This document shows, piece after piece, positions 50,893 to 60,240 of a stretch of 64,000 bases of DNA; the stretch's first letter is position 1; the number at the start of each line of letters is the position of its first letter. The notes beneath the pieces were generated by a model. The model had not been told where the DNA came from. It did not search any database and worked only from the letters and a program-made list of their open reading frames with translations. The DNA lies in contig CAXXNO010000004.1 in NCBI GenBank assembly GCA_963663235.2, positions 672,001-736,000 on the forward strand, written 5' to 3'. The position numbers were made by a program, and so were the translations under genes. The stretch comes from Dehalococcoidia bacterium (GTDB lineage: Bacteria; Chloroflexota; Dehalococcoidia; Bin125).

Positions 50893-51010
50893 TCAGTCGA
50901 GCTCGCGCGAGCGCTCTGCGTCGGAGACCGCCGCGTCGACGTTGCCAAGCGAGCTGTGAGCAGCCGAGCGGGTGGCGTAGGTACGGGCGAGTGCGCGCTT
51001 CCCGGCGGCG
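50893..51010 (-). pseudogene. 3' remnant of a TPR gene paralog
   Basis: ALARTYATRSAAHSSLGNVDAAVSDAERSRELD* matches the end of 51689-52183 (VYETRAVAHESLGNFDSAARDAERSREFD). Confidence 0.7.
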
Positions 51011-51079
51011 GTGGGACGGGGTACCGGCGAACGCCTGGAGAATGGCGGTCTCTGATCCCCGCCGCGTGCCAGCCGAGCG

Positions 51080-51523
51080 ATGAGTCGTCTGTCCTATGGG
51101 GAATGGGACCAGTGCACCTCGGCTCCAGCGTCGCCACCACCGAGCATGGCGATGAACTGGAGGGACACGATGCACGATGCTCTCGTGGCAACTAACCAGA
51201 GTCTTTCGAAGAACGACACGTCGGCCCGCGAGCCCATGTGGAAGCGCTTCAAGCAGAGGCTGGGAGATGCGGCCCTGCTTCTCGTGGGAGTGGGGGCACC
51301 TCTCGCGCTCCCGATCGCCTTGGTTGTGACGAGCGACGGCCTCGCAGCCGAGATCAGCGGAGGGTTGTTGGGGCTGATGTTCTACTCGTTCGGCGTTGTT
51401 TTGATGGGGTACGTGTTCCTGTGGTGGATCACCGCTGCTCTTCTTGTCTTGGGCACAGTTTTTCTTGTCGTGACCGCTGCTCTTCTTGTCATGGGGGCGG
51501 CGAAGGCAATCCTCGCCTACTGA
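51080..51523 (+). CDS. Hypothetical membrane protein (start uncertain)
   Basis: Three hydrophobic helices. Confidence 0.55.
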   Translation: MSRLSYGEWDQCTSAPASPPPSMAMNWRDTMHDALVATNQSLSKNDTSAREPMWKRFKQRLGDAALLLVGVGAPLALPIALVVTSDGLAAEISGGLLGLMFYSFGVVLMGYVFLWWITAALLVLGTVFLVVTAALLVMGAAKAILAY

Positions 51524-51688
51524 TGCAAGGCGCGAAACTTCTCGATGCGGTGGGCGAACTCGGCCTCGAAATCGCGCCGCGTGGCAGCCTCACCACTCGC
51601 CCCGGCCTTCGCCAAACCCCCAGCGTCCTTTGCTGCTAGCAGTCAGTGCGGCGAGGTGGCCCATCTGGGTCTGGTGTGTGGGGGCCGG

Positions 51689-52183
51689 TCAATCGAATTC
51701 GCGCGAGCGCTCTGCGTCGCGCGCCGCCGAATCGAAGTTGCCAAGCGACTCGTGTGCGACCGCGCGGGTCTCGTAGACGCCGGTGAGAATGGAGTGAAGG
51801 CGTCGATCCGGCAATCGTCGCTCCCAGAGGTCAATAGCGCGGCTGGCATCGGCGATGGCTGCGTCGAAGTTTCCGAGCTCTAACTGGGCGCGCGCGCGGT
51901 AGTCGTAGGCCAAGGCGAAGTCGGGGTCAAGATCGATCGCGGCGTCGAATCTGGCGATGGCGGCCGTCCACGCATGGCGTCCGCTGAGTTCGAACCCTGC
52001 GTCGAAATGCTCATCGGCGGCCTCAGGGCGTCCTCCAAGTGTTGAGCATGCGGCTGCCAGGACGATGAGGAGGGTGAGGAGGGCGACCGCGGGGCGGAGG
52101 AAACCGGGAGGTTGGGGGGCGTGACGGATTCGCGGAAACGAGGGAGACGCCACATCGGGCTGCCTTTCATTCGACAACGCCAT
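51689..52183 (-). CDS. TPR-repeat lipoprotein
   Basis: Lipobox LAAAC; AIARFDAAIDLDPDFALAYDYRARAQLELGNFDAAIAD. Confidence 0.8.
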   Translation of the reverse strand: MALSNERQPDVASPSFPRIRHAPQPPGFLRPAVALLTLLIVLAAACSTLGGRPEAADEHFDAGFELSGRHAWTAAIARFDAAIDLDPDFALAYDYRARAQLELGNFDAAIADASRAIDLWERRLPDRRLHSILTGVYETRAVAHESLGNFDSAARDAERSREFD

Positions 52184-52342
52184 TGTGCAAATGCGCGATG
52201 ATTGTGGAGAGTGAGAACGGTTCCGGCAACCTAGTATTCGTGCTGCGCAGGTCCCGCAGGACGGAGTGTTGTGCCCCACAGGCTTTGAAACACCACGGGC
52301 TTGCCAAGAAGAGATGAACCAGCGCCGATGCGAGGATCTGGA

Positions 52343-53161
52343 TCAAATCTCGGGGGGTCGGCCGCTGCGCCTCCCTCGGCTGACGCGGGCTGACGGCCAC
52401 ACCGTTATCCAAACCAGCCCGGGGGCTACGAACAGGAGGACCTGCGCCCAGGACGCCCCAAAACCGACTGCCCACAGCAGCACAAGCGCGACGAGGACGA
52501 GGCCAAGGAGCGTGAGCGCGGCCGCATCGTCGCGATGCCGAGCCTGAACGGCCAAAACGATCCCGATCACACCCAGCGGTAGGTAGAACAACGCGTAGAC
52601 CAGCACCAGCAGAATCAGCGCCCCCTCAAAGTCGGAAAGGCTCCAAAATACATTGGTAAAGGGGCCCGGCTTAGGCTGCGCATGCGACGCGCGCGCCAGG
52701 TGCGGCACCCACCATGCCAGCGGGACGAAGATTGCGAGGGCTCCCGCCCACCCCAGGGCTTCCGTAAGGCGGCTTACGCGACGAGAATCTGCGGTCTTCA
52801 GACTCCGCTCGCTGTTGTGGTCCATCGCCGCTCGCGCGGCGGAGCCGCGAGTTTGCGCTTCGGGGCTGACGTCCCCCCTGCATCGCGGGCAAATCCGCGC
52901 GTGTTGCGATAGCCACCACCCGTCATATTTCGGTATTCCGGCGAGTTCCACTTCCAAGGAGAGGTAGCATCGCCTGCAGTACCTCGCATCACAGTTGTTG
53001 CAGGATCTCCAGCGTAAGATGAGTCGCCCTAGCCAGCCGCGCTCCGTTCCACAGACATAGCAGGCTGCCATCCGTGACCACGATCTCCCGGCGCGGGTTC
53101 CATGCGGGTTGTCATCTGGGAGTGGATCATGCCCGTGGTCCCGGTCGCTGCGGTTTGACAT
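52343..53161 (-). CDS. Membrane protein with an N-terminal 8-Cys zinc finger
   Basis: CYVC..CNNC..CRRC..CPRC followed by ~4 TM helices; AAGGGGAG RBS. Confidence 0.7.
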   Translation of the reverse strand: MSNRSDRDHGHDPLPDDNPHGTRAGRSWSRMAACYVCGTERGWLGRLILRWRSCNNCDARYCRRCYLSLEVELAGIPKYDGWWLSQHARICPRCRGDVSPEAQTRGSAARAAMDHNSERSLKTADSRRVSRLTEALGWAGALAIFVPLAWWVPHLARASHAQPKPGPFTNVFWSLSDFEGALILLVLVYALFYLPLGVIGIVLAVQARHRDDAAALTLLGLVLVALVLLWAVGFGASWAQVLLFVAPGLVWITVWPSARVSRGRRSGRPPEI

Positions 53162-53287
53162 TCGCAGGCTCCCCTTCCGCGGGCTGATCACCGACGGCCC
53201 CCGATGCCGCTGCCGAAACTGGCGGGCACGACGTGCGCCGCCCGACAACAGATGGTGGGAGCGACACACGGAGCGTTCAATGGCGGG

Positions 53288-53491
53288 TCAGAAGACCGCG
53301 ATGGCGACGCGCACGATCCAATACGCCATGGCCAAGAGCGCCAAGACGCCCCAGATGCCGAACTCGTCGTCCTTCGTATTCGCCTTCGAATCGACGGTGC
53401 CGGATGCGGCGGCTGAACCGCGCGCGCGATCCCTCATCGCGTCGCCGGCGTCGCTGGGTCCGCTCGTGTCCTCGTTGGGTAGACGTCGCAT
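53288..53491 (-). CDS. Small single-TM protein
   Basis: GGAGGTGA RBS; C-terminal hydrophobic helix. Confidence 0.5.
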   Translation of the reverse strand: MRRLPNEDTSGPSDAGDAMRDRARGSAAASGTVDSKANTKDDEFGIWGVLALLAMAYWIVRVAIAVF

Positions 53492-53703
53492 CGCTCACCT
53501 CCGTTCTGTGCAGCATGGTCGCCTGTCGCCCGACCGGCGGCGAGTGACAGATGGCCTATCCCGCAGAGGACAGGTGGCCCATTACGCAGTGCGCTCTCGA
53601 CTGGCCTCACAGCGGCCACGCCAGGCCGCACACCAGGATCGCTCCCAAGACGCCGAATGCGGCACCGATCAGAGGCGCCGTGCCGCCGACGGGCCGGCCG
53701 CGG

Positions 53704-54726
53704 TCAGCGCTGCTCGAGCCTGTAGACCCGGCGAGCGGTGTCGTGGAACATTGCGGCTCGCTCGTCGGGCGTGAAGTCACGGGTCAGCTTCTTGAACTGA
53801 TTCCAGAGGACCGTGTAACTGCACGAGGTCCTATCGACCGGGAAGTTGCTCTCGAACATGCAGCGCGCCGGGCCGAACTGCTCGATCGCGAAGAGGTACC
53901 AGTCGCGGTTGCGCTCAACCAGCTCGTCGGAAGTGGGCGGCTTGGGCCGCTTGTGCCAGCCGTAGCCGTTCACGGCCATCTGGATGCCCCCGAGTTTCAC
54001 CACCACGTTGGCGCAGGTCGCGAGCTGTGCGACGTCCGTCTTCCAGGCGCGGTAGATCTCGTCGCGCCGGCCCTCGTACGGCCCGATGCCCAGGGGGCCG
54101 CCGAGATGGTTGAGGATGATGGTGGTGTCCGGGAAGGCGCGCGCCAAGTCCGTGAGCTCCGGGATCTGGTGGTGGTACACCCAGGCATCGAAGCTGAGGC
54201 CGTTGGTCTCGAGCCGGGCGAACCCCTCGCGGAAGGTGGGGTCGCCGAGCAGTCCCTGAGGCGGATTGGTCGGGGAGCTGCGGATGGCGTCACTCGCATC
54301 CCAGCCCGCCGTATGGCGGATGCCCCGGAATCGATTCAGGCTGGCCGCGAGGTGATCTTCGAGTGTCCCGGAGATCGCGTCGCCCGCGCTAAGGTCGGCG
54401 AAGCCAACGATGCCGGCGGCCGCGCGCAGATCGCCGAACTGCCCGCTGGCGCTCTGCGCCGCGATGCCCTGGACGAACTCCGTCTCACCGACGGGGCGGA
54501 GAAGATCCGGGCCATCGGCGCGGTACATGGACTGGCATTCCACGAAGACGGTCTGGCGGACGTTGTGCCCCGCGAGATCATCGCGGAGTTCCGCCAGCAG
54601 GTAGCGTTCCGCAGGAACGTCCCAGAGGTGGTGGTGGGGATCGATGATCGGCAATTCGGGCTCGATCGCGTCCTCGTCCGTTAGCCGCAGCCACTCCGCC
54701 TTGGTCAGCTTTGCTGAAGTCGACAA
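53704..54726 (-). CDS. Amidohydrolase_2 family protein
   Basis: IIDPHHHLW, TVFVEC, RFRGIRH, ILNHLGGP, VVVKLGG, RCMFESNFPVD; TTG start after GGAGGAGG. Confidence 0.92.
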   Translation of the reverse strand: MSTSAKLTKAEWLRLTDEDAIEPELPIIDPHHHLWDVPAERYLLAELRDDLAGHNVRQTVFVECQSMYRADGPDLLRPVGETEFVQGIAAQSASGQFGDLRAAAGIVGFADLSAGDAISGTLEDHLAASLNRFRGIRHTAGWDASDAIRSSPTNPPQGLLGDPTFREGFARLETNGLSFDAWVYHHQIPELTDLARAFPDTTIILNHLGGPLGIGPYEGRRDEIYRAWKTDVAQLATCANVVVKLGGIQMAVNGYGWHKRPKPPTSDELVERNRDWYLFAIEQFGPARCMFESNFPVDRTSCSYTVLWNQFKKLTRDFTPDERAAMFHDTARRVYRLEQR

Positions 54727-55086
54727 CCGGCACCTCCTCCACTTCGGCGTTACCGTGCGGACAACGTACGTTACCAGGCCGGTCCGGACGGCCCTTGCGT
54801 TTCCACCAGTTCCTCGGTCCGTCCGACCGCGGCACATGCTGATGATGCCTGGCTCGCCTCGGTCTGGGAAGCCTCTCGTTGCGCGTGGCTCGGCTCTCGA
54901 CGCGCGGGGCATCCGGAGCGCGGAGCGTCCCTGGTCCGGGTGACCGACCGACGGCGCCAAGAGACGTGGGGACGGGTGGTAGCATCGGCCGACAACCCGA
55001 GCCCTGAGTCGCTTCGGAACGGTGCGCGACGGACCGGCGGGCGGGGTTCCAATCCAGGGCCGCTCGGGCGACAGGGAGGCGAAGCG

Positions 55087-56511
55087 ATGGCGACGAACGA
55101 GGAGATCCGCACCGTCCGGGCGATCGCCGACGGGCTGGCAGCGGGCGAATTCTCGAGCCGCGAGATCACGCAGGTCTTGCTGGACCACATCGAGCGGACG
55201 GACGGGACGATCCGGGCGTTCACCCGGCTGGCACCGGAGGTGGCACGGAAGGCGGCGGCCGCGGCGGACGAACGGCGGCGCGCCGGCCGGGTCATCGGCC
55301 CGCTGGACGGCGTGCCCTACGTCGCGAAGGACATCGTGGAGACGGCGGGGATCGAGACGACAGGCTCGTCCGACATGCTCAAAGGGAACGTGCCGACTCG
55401 CAACGCTTCCGTAGTGGAACGATTCAACGCGGCGGGGGCGGTGCTGATGGGGAAGGTGAACACGCATCAGTTCGCCTTCGGGGTGCAGACGCCCCCGACC
55501 CGCAACCCGTGGGACATGGAGACCGCGCGGGTGCCGGGAGGATCGAGCGGCGGGACCGGCGCAGCGGTGGCATCCGGGCAGGTACCGATCGGGTTCGGCA
55601 CGGACACGGGCGGCTCGATCCGCATCCCGGCCTGCCTGAACGGAATCACGGGCTTGAAGGCGACCTTTGGACGGGTGCCGAAGGACGGAGTGTACGCGCA
55701 AGCGTGGTCGGCGGACCACATTGGGCCGATGTGCTGGACGGCGGAGGATGCGGCAATCGCGCTGAGCGTAGTGGCGGGGTATGACGCACGGGACATCAAC
55801 TCATCGAAGCGGCCGGTAGAGGACTACGTGGCGAAGTTGGGCGGCGGGGTGCAGGGGTTGCGGGTGGCAGTGTCGACCAACCACTTCGTCAGCCACTATC
55901 CGGGCGTGACCAACGCCTTCCAGGCGGCGGTCGATGCCTTGCGAGGGTTGGGCGGCGAGATCGTCGAGGTCACGATGCCCAAGAGCCTGGACTTCAGCCA
56001 ACCGCTGGCGTTCGCTATCGCACTGGGCGATTCGGGGGCGTGGCACGGCCCGCGCCTGCGCCGGCAAGAGAAGGACTACCAGGCCGACGTGGCCAGCTAC
56101 TTAAAGGTGGGCGAAGTCATGCTCGCCACCGATTACATCAACGCGCAGCGGTATCGCTCGCGCATCATCGCGGAGATGCGCCAGTTGTGGCGGGACCAGC
56201 GCATCGACGTGCTGGTCACCCCCACGCTGGCGGTGACCGCGGCCCAGCATGGACAGATGGAGTACAAGGCGGCCGATGGCTTTGAGGAGACGCTGATGTC
56301 AGCCTCCGTGCGTTGCACCGTGCCCTTCAACGTCACCGGTCAGCCGGCCCTGACGGTGCCGTGCGGCTTCGATGAGCAAGGGCTGCCGGTGGGGCTGCAG
56401 ATCATCGCGCGGCCGTGGGCCGAAGCCCTGATGCTGCGGGTGGGGCACGCCTACCAGCAGGCGACCGACTGGCACACGAGACGCCCGGCGATCGCGACGC
56501 TCGGCGCCTGA
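55087..56511 (+). CDS. Amidase-signature family amidase (copy 2)
   Basis: Same length (474 aa) and motifs as copy 1; MATNEEIRTVRAIADG start. Confidence 0.93.
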   Translation: MATNEEIRTVRAIADGLAAGEFSSREITQVLLDHIERTDGTIRAFTRLAPEVARKAAAAADERRRAGRVIGPLDGVPYVAKDIVETAGIETTGSSDMLKGNVPTRNASVVERFNAAGAVLMGKVNTHQFAFGVQTPPTRNPWDMETARVPGGSSGGTGAAVASGQVPIGFGTDTGGSIRIPACLNGITGLKATFGRVPKDGVYAQAWSADHIGPMCWTAEDAAIALSVVAGYDARDINSSKRPVEDYVAKLGGGVQGLRVAVSTNHFVSHYPGVTNAFQAAVDALRGLGGEIVEVTMPKSLDFSQPLAFAIALGDSGAWHGPRLRRQEKDYQADVASYLKVGEVMLATDYINAQRYRSRIIAEMRQLWRDQRIDVLVTPTLAVTAAQHGQMEYKAADGFEETLMSASVRCTVPFNVTGQPALTVPCGFDEQGLPVGLQIIARPWAEALMLRVGHAYQQATDWHTRRPAIATLGA

Positions 56512-56728
56512 AGCGCGAGGGCACCGTCGGAGCCGATCGGGCCGCTGCTTGCCCAGGAAGGGTCGCGGGTTCACGTGGCGGCTGCCGCCGCGGACGCCCG
56601 GGTGGACGAGAACCGTCGTCGGTGCAAGCGGCATCCGCGGCATCGTCGAGTGGGTATACTGCCGCCACTGATCGAGGAACGATCGCTCCCGCGCTGGGGG
56701 AGCCGGGTTCCGGAAAGGCTGGGGCGTC

Positions 56729-57994
56729 GTGGTCAAAGTGATGTTGCAGATTTACCCGGTGCTCCCAGCGGCAGACGAAGACGAACGGCGGGCGCTGCGC
56801 CCCATTGGCCGCAACGTGGAGCGCTACCACGACGTGATCCTTGGGTGCGATGACCTGGTCAAGGCCTGCGACGAGCTGGGGCTGTGGGGCGTGTCCACGA
56901 TCGAGCACCACTTCCACTCCGAGGGCTATGAGGTGGGGCCGAGCCCGGGCATGCTCAACATGCGCTGGGGGACACTGACGAAGAAACTCCGCGTCGGCGC
57001 GCTTGGCTACGTGATGAGCGCGCAGCACCCCATTCGGGTGGCCGAGGAGATCGCGATCCTGGACCATCTGACGGAGGGCCGGTGCTTCGTCGGGTTTGCG
57101 CGCGGCTACCAAGACCGCTGGACGAACATCATCGGCCAACACCTGGGCACGCGGGCGACCCACTCGGACGGCAGCGCCGACGACCAGATCAACCGCGACA
57201 TCTTCGAGCAGCAGGTGCAGATGGTGCTGAACGCCTGGACGCAGGAGAGCATCGAGCAGAACACACCTCTGTGGCAGATCCCCTACCCCTACGAGGAGGG
57301 GATCGACTGGTGGATGGCGGAATCCACGGAGCGCCTGGGCGCTCCGGGCGAGATAGGCGACGACGGCCGCGTTCATCGCGTGAGCGTCGTGCCAGCGCCC
57401 TACACCAAGCCGTATCCCCCCGTGTTCGTCGCGAGCAGCGGGTCGGAACGCACCGTGGAGTACTGCGGCCGGATGGGCTTTATTCCGACCTACTTCACCA
57501 ACGTCGAGAACGGCGCGGAGATGGGCCAGATCTACTTGAAAGCCACCCGCGCCGCCGGCCACGACGTGCAGTTCGGCGAGCGGCAAGCCACCACGCGCTG
57601 GCTGCAGCTGGGGGACACGCACGAAGACGCCGTCGAAGCCGTGGCGAAGTACGACGCCGAGATCCAGCGCAATTTCTACAACCAGCTTGCCCTGGTGGCC
57701 CGACAGGACCGCAAGACGCTGCCGCTGAAGAGCAGCGTCAACGCGTTCACCGAGGTGATCGAGGAGTCAGAGCAGCACTGCGTGGGCACCGTGGACGAAG
57801 TGCGCGCCAAGATGGTGCGGCAATGGCAGAAAGTGCCGTCGGAGTACTGTGTTCTGATCCTGCATTACGCGCAGCAGCCGCTGGACAGCGTGATCTGGAA
57901 CCTGGAGAAGTTCATGACGGAGATCAAGCCAGCCCTGGATGAGCTCGCTCCCACGCCCGAGACGGCGGGGGCGGCAGCGTCACCGGCGGGCTAG
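56729..57994 (+). CDS. LLM-class flavin-dependent oxidoreductase
   Basis: STIEHHFHSEG, HPIRVAEEIAILDHLTEGR..GFARGYQ, PAPYTKPYPP. Confidence 0.9.
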   Translation: MVKVMLQIYPVLPAADEDERRALRPIGRNVERYHDVILGCDDLVKACDELGLWGVSTIEHHFHSEGYEVGPSPGMLNMRWGTLTKKLRVGALGYVMSAQHPIRVAEEIAILDHLTEGRCFVGFARGYQDRWTNIIGQHLGTRATHSDGSADDQINRDIFEQQVQMVLNAWTQESIEQNTPLWQIPYPYEEGIDWWMAESTERLGAPGEIGDDGRVHRVSVVPAPYTKPYPPVFVASSGSERTVEYCGRMGFIPTYFTNVENGAEMGQIYLKATRAAGHDVQFGERQATTRWLQLGDTHEDAVEAVAKYDAEIQRNFYNQLALVARQDRKTLPLKSSVNAFTEVIEESEQHCVGTVDEVRAKMVRQWQKVPSEYCVLILHYAQQPLDSVIWNLEKFMTEIKPALDELAPTPETAGAAASPAG

Positions 57995-58067
57995 TCGATC
58001 GACGCGGTAGGGCCACGCACTTTCGTGAGAGCCGCGTCGACGAAGACAGCGGCCGAGGCGGGCGGGG

Positions 58068-59105
58068 TTAATCCGCGCGGAGCCGTTCTTCGATCCGCCG
58101 CAAGTTGGCGGGGTCCGGCCGGAGCTCACCAACGGCAAACGAGTGGAAGACCTCCACGACGGCGGCGTTGCAGGGCGTAGGCACGTGCACCTCGCGGCCG
58201 CGGTCCACAACGTAGCCGTTGAGATCATCGATCTCTGTGCGCCGCCCGCGGAGGACGTCTTGCAGGAAGGAAGGGCGGCCCTCGCCGAGTACTGCCGCCC
58301 CTGCGATGAGCTCCGCCTCCAGGGCCGCCCGATCGCGCCCGGCGACCGCGTCGAGGAAACGGTGCGGGGCGATGCCCCAGACGGGCTCCAGGTCATGGCC
58401 CAGCGCGCGGCCGACCTCGATCACTTCAGCGGCGAGGCGGATACAAAGCGACCGGGTGTCGGGCCGGCGCCGGACGTCGGCGGAGCCGTAGCCGGTCAGT
58501 CCGGCGATGGGGTTGGCCATGCAATTGACGGCGAGCTTGGCCCAGCGTTCCCCCGAGAGATTGGTCGTCACCTCGGCCCGCTCGACCAGACTCACGATCT
58601 CGGCGACCCGTCGGGCGCGCTCGGAGTCGCGGCCGTCGAGCTCGCCGATGCGGAACCCGAGCGTGCGGGTGTCCGTGCGCATGGCGTGCCCAGGCTCTTG
58701 GAGCCCGGCACCGATGGTGATGACGCAGCCTAGTGTGCGGTCGCGCCCCACGATGGCCGCGACCCGTTCATCGTTGATGCCGTTCTGGAAGCCGACGACG
58801 AGGCCGTCCGCGCTGAGGTAGGGGTGGATCAGTGCGGTGGCCCAGTCCGTGTCGTACGCCTTCACCGCGATGAAGGCGAGATCAAAGGGCACCGCCGTGG
58901 CCTGTAGTTCCCGGAAATGGAGCGCGGTGACTGGGATCGTGAAATCCCCGAGGGTGCCGGAGAGCCGGAGCCCGTCGCGCTTCATCTTGTCGACGTGCTC
59001 GGGCCATTGCCCAATCAGCGTGACATCGTGACCGGAGCGGGTGAGCATCCCGCCGACCACGGAGCCGATTGCGCCGACGCCAACGATTGCGATCCGCGGG
59101 CCCAT
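58068..59105 (-). CDS. Ketopantoate reductase (PanE/ApbA) family protein
   Basis: IVGVGAIG, AVKAYDT, FQNGI, WAKLAVNC..N, SFLQDV..RRTEIDDLNG. Confidence 0.88.
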   Translation of the reverse strand: MGPRIAIVGVGAIGSVVGGMLTRSGHDVTLIGQWPEHVDKMKRDGLRLSGTLGDFTIPVTALHFRELQATAVPFDLAFIAVKAYDTDWATALIHPYLSADGLVVGFQNGINDERVAAIVGRDRTLGCVITIGAGLQEPGHAMRTDTRTLGFRIGELDGRDSERARRVAEIVSLVERAEVTTNLSGERWAKLAVNCMANPIAGLTGYGSADVRRRPDTRSLCIRLAAEVIEVGRALGHDLEPVWGIAPHRFLDAVAGRDRAALEAELIAGAAVLGEGRPSFLQDVLRGRRTEIDDLNGYVVDRGREVHVPTPCNAAVVEVFHSFAVGELRPDPANLRRIEERLRAD

Positions 59106-59215
59106 CTCACCTCCCCTGCCACCAGGCGCGAGTCTAGATCGCGGTCAGGCCCGGCGGTTGCGCACGATCGGTGGCTCCGCCTCCGCGATGTGCAGCGTCG
59201 GCGCCGGTGGGCCGG

Positions 59216-60166
59216 CTAGGCCAGCCGGCGGAGCTTCTTCAGGCACTTGAGTTCGCGGGGCGGGTCCAGGTACTGGCCGCGGATCGTGAAGGCCGTCTCG
59301 GCGACGTAGATATCGCCCCGGGAGTCCACGGCGATGCCATGGGGCGCGATGAACCGTCCAGGTTGTTCGCCCTCTCGCGGGTCGCCGAAGCGGGCGAGGC
59401 GCTCGCCTTGCGGGCTGAAGATGCTCACGCGATGCCCCAGGCCCGGAGCATCGTCCACGCCAGGAAAGCCGTTCAACTCGCCGATGTAGATGTTGCCGTC
59501 TGGGCCGATGGTCAAGCCGTCCGGCCGATGGATGTTGTTCCACATGGCGAGGAACGTCCCGTCCGCGTCAAAGACCTGCACCCGGTGGCATTCGCGATCC
59601 GCCACGTAGACGCGATCCGCCGCATCCACGGCGACGTTGTGGGGCCGGATGAACTGTCCGGCATCGATACCCGGCTCGCCCCAGCTGAGGAGGTGGCGGC
59701 CGGCAGGCGTGAACTTGTGCACGCAGGCGTTCCCGTACCCGTCCGTGACATAGAGATGCCCCGTCTTAGGCGAGACGGCCGCATGCGTGGGCCGGTTGAA
59801 CGGCTTTCCGCCCCATTCCGGCGCGGGCTGGCCGGGTGTGCCGAAGGTCGCCAACCGTTCGCCCTCCGGGGACCAGCGGGTGATGGTGTGCGTGCCGTCA
59901 TCGGCGCAGTAGATCGAGTCATCAGGGCCGACAAGAATCCCGTGGGCGCGCTCGCTGAAGACGCCGGCGCCGAAGGTGGTGCGGAACGCTCCCTCGCGGT
60001 TGAAGACGATCACCGGGTTCTCCGGGTTGCGGGTCAGGACGTACACGTTGTCGGCCGAATCCACGGCGACACCGGGCGCTTCGTGGAACCGCATTCCAGC
60101 CGGGAGCGCCTCCCAGTCCTCGAGCGCCTCGTAGCGGAAGCCGCCGCTTCCAACTGTGACGACCAT
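59216..60166 (-). CDS. NHL-repeat, PAL-like beta-propeller protein
   Basis: GVAVDSADNVYV, FNRPT, VTDGYGNA, PHNVAVD..VYVADRE, PHGIAVDSRGDIYVAE. Confidence 0.9.
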   Translation of the reverse strand: MVVTVGSGGFRYEALEDWEALPAGMRFHEAPGVAVDSADNVYVLTRNPENPVIVFNREGAFRTTFGAGVFSERAHGILVGPDDSIYCADDGTHTITRWSPEGERLATFGTPGQPAPEWGGKPFNRPTHAAVSPKTGHLYVTDGYGNACVHKFTPAGRHLLSWGEPGIDAGQFIRPHNVAVDAADRVYVADRECHRVQVFDADGTFLAMWNNIHRPDGLTIGPDGNIYIGELNGFPGVDDAPGLGHRVSIFSPQGERLARFGDPREGEQPGRFIAPHGIAVDSRGDIYVAETAFTIRGQYLDPPRELKCLKKLRRLA

Positions 60167-60240
60167 GGTGCTTCCTCCCTCGACTGCGCGGGCGGCTGTG
60201 AGCAGATCGGACGGCCGTAAAGCGGTTCGTTCGCGGGCCG

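Noticed and set aside
41983-56511. Calling the amidases gatA
   Set aside because: No adjacent gatB/gatC, and NTHQFAxG replaces the GatA NMDEFAMG motif.
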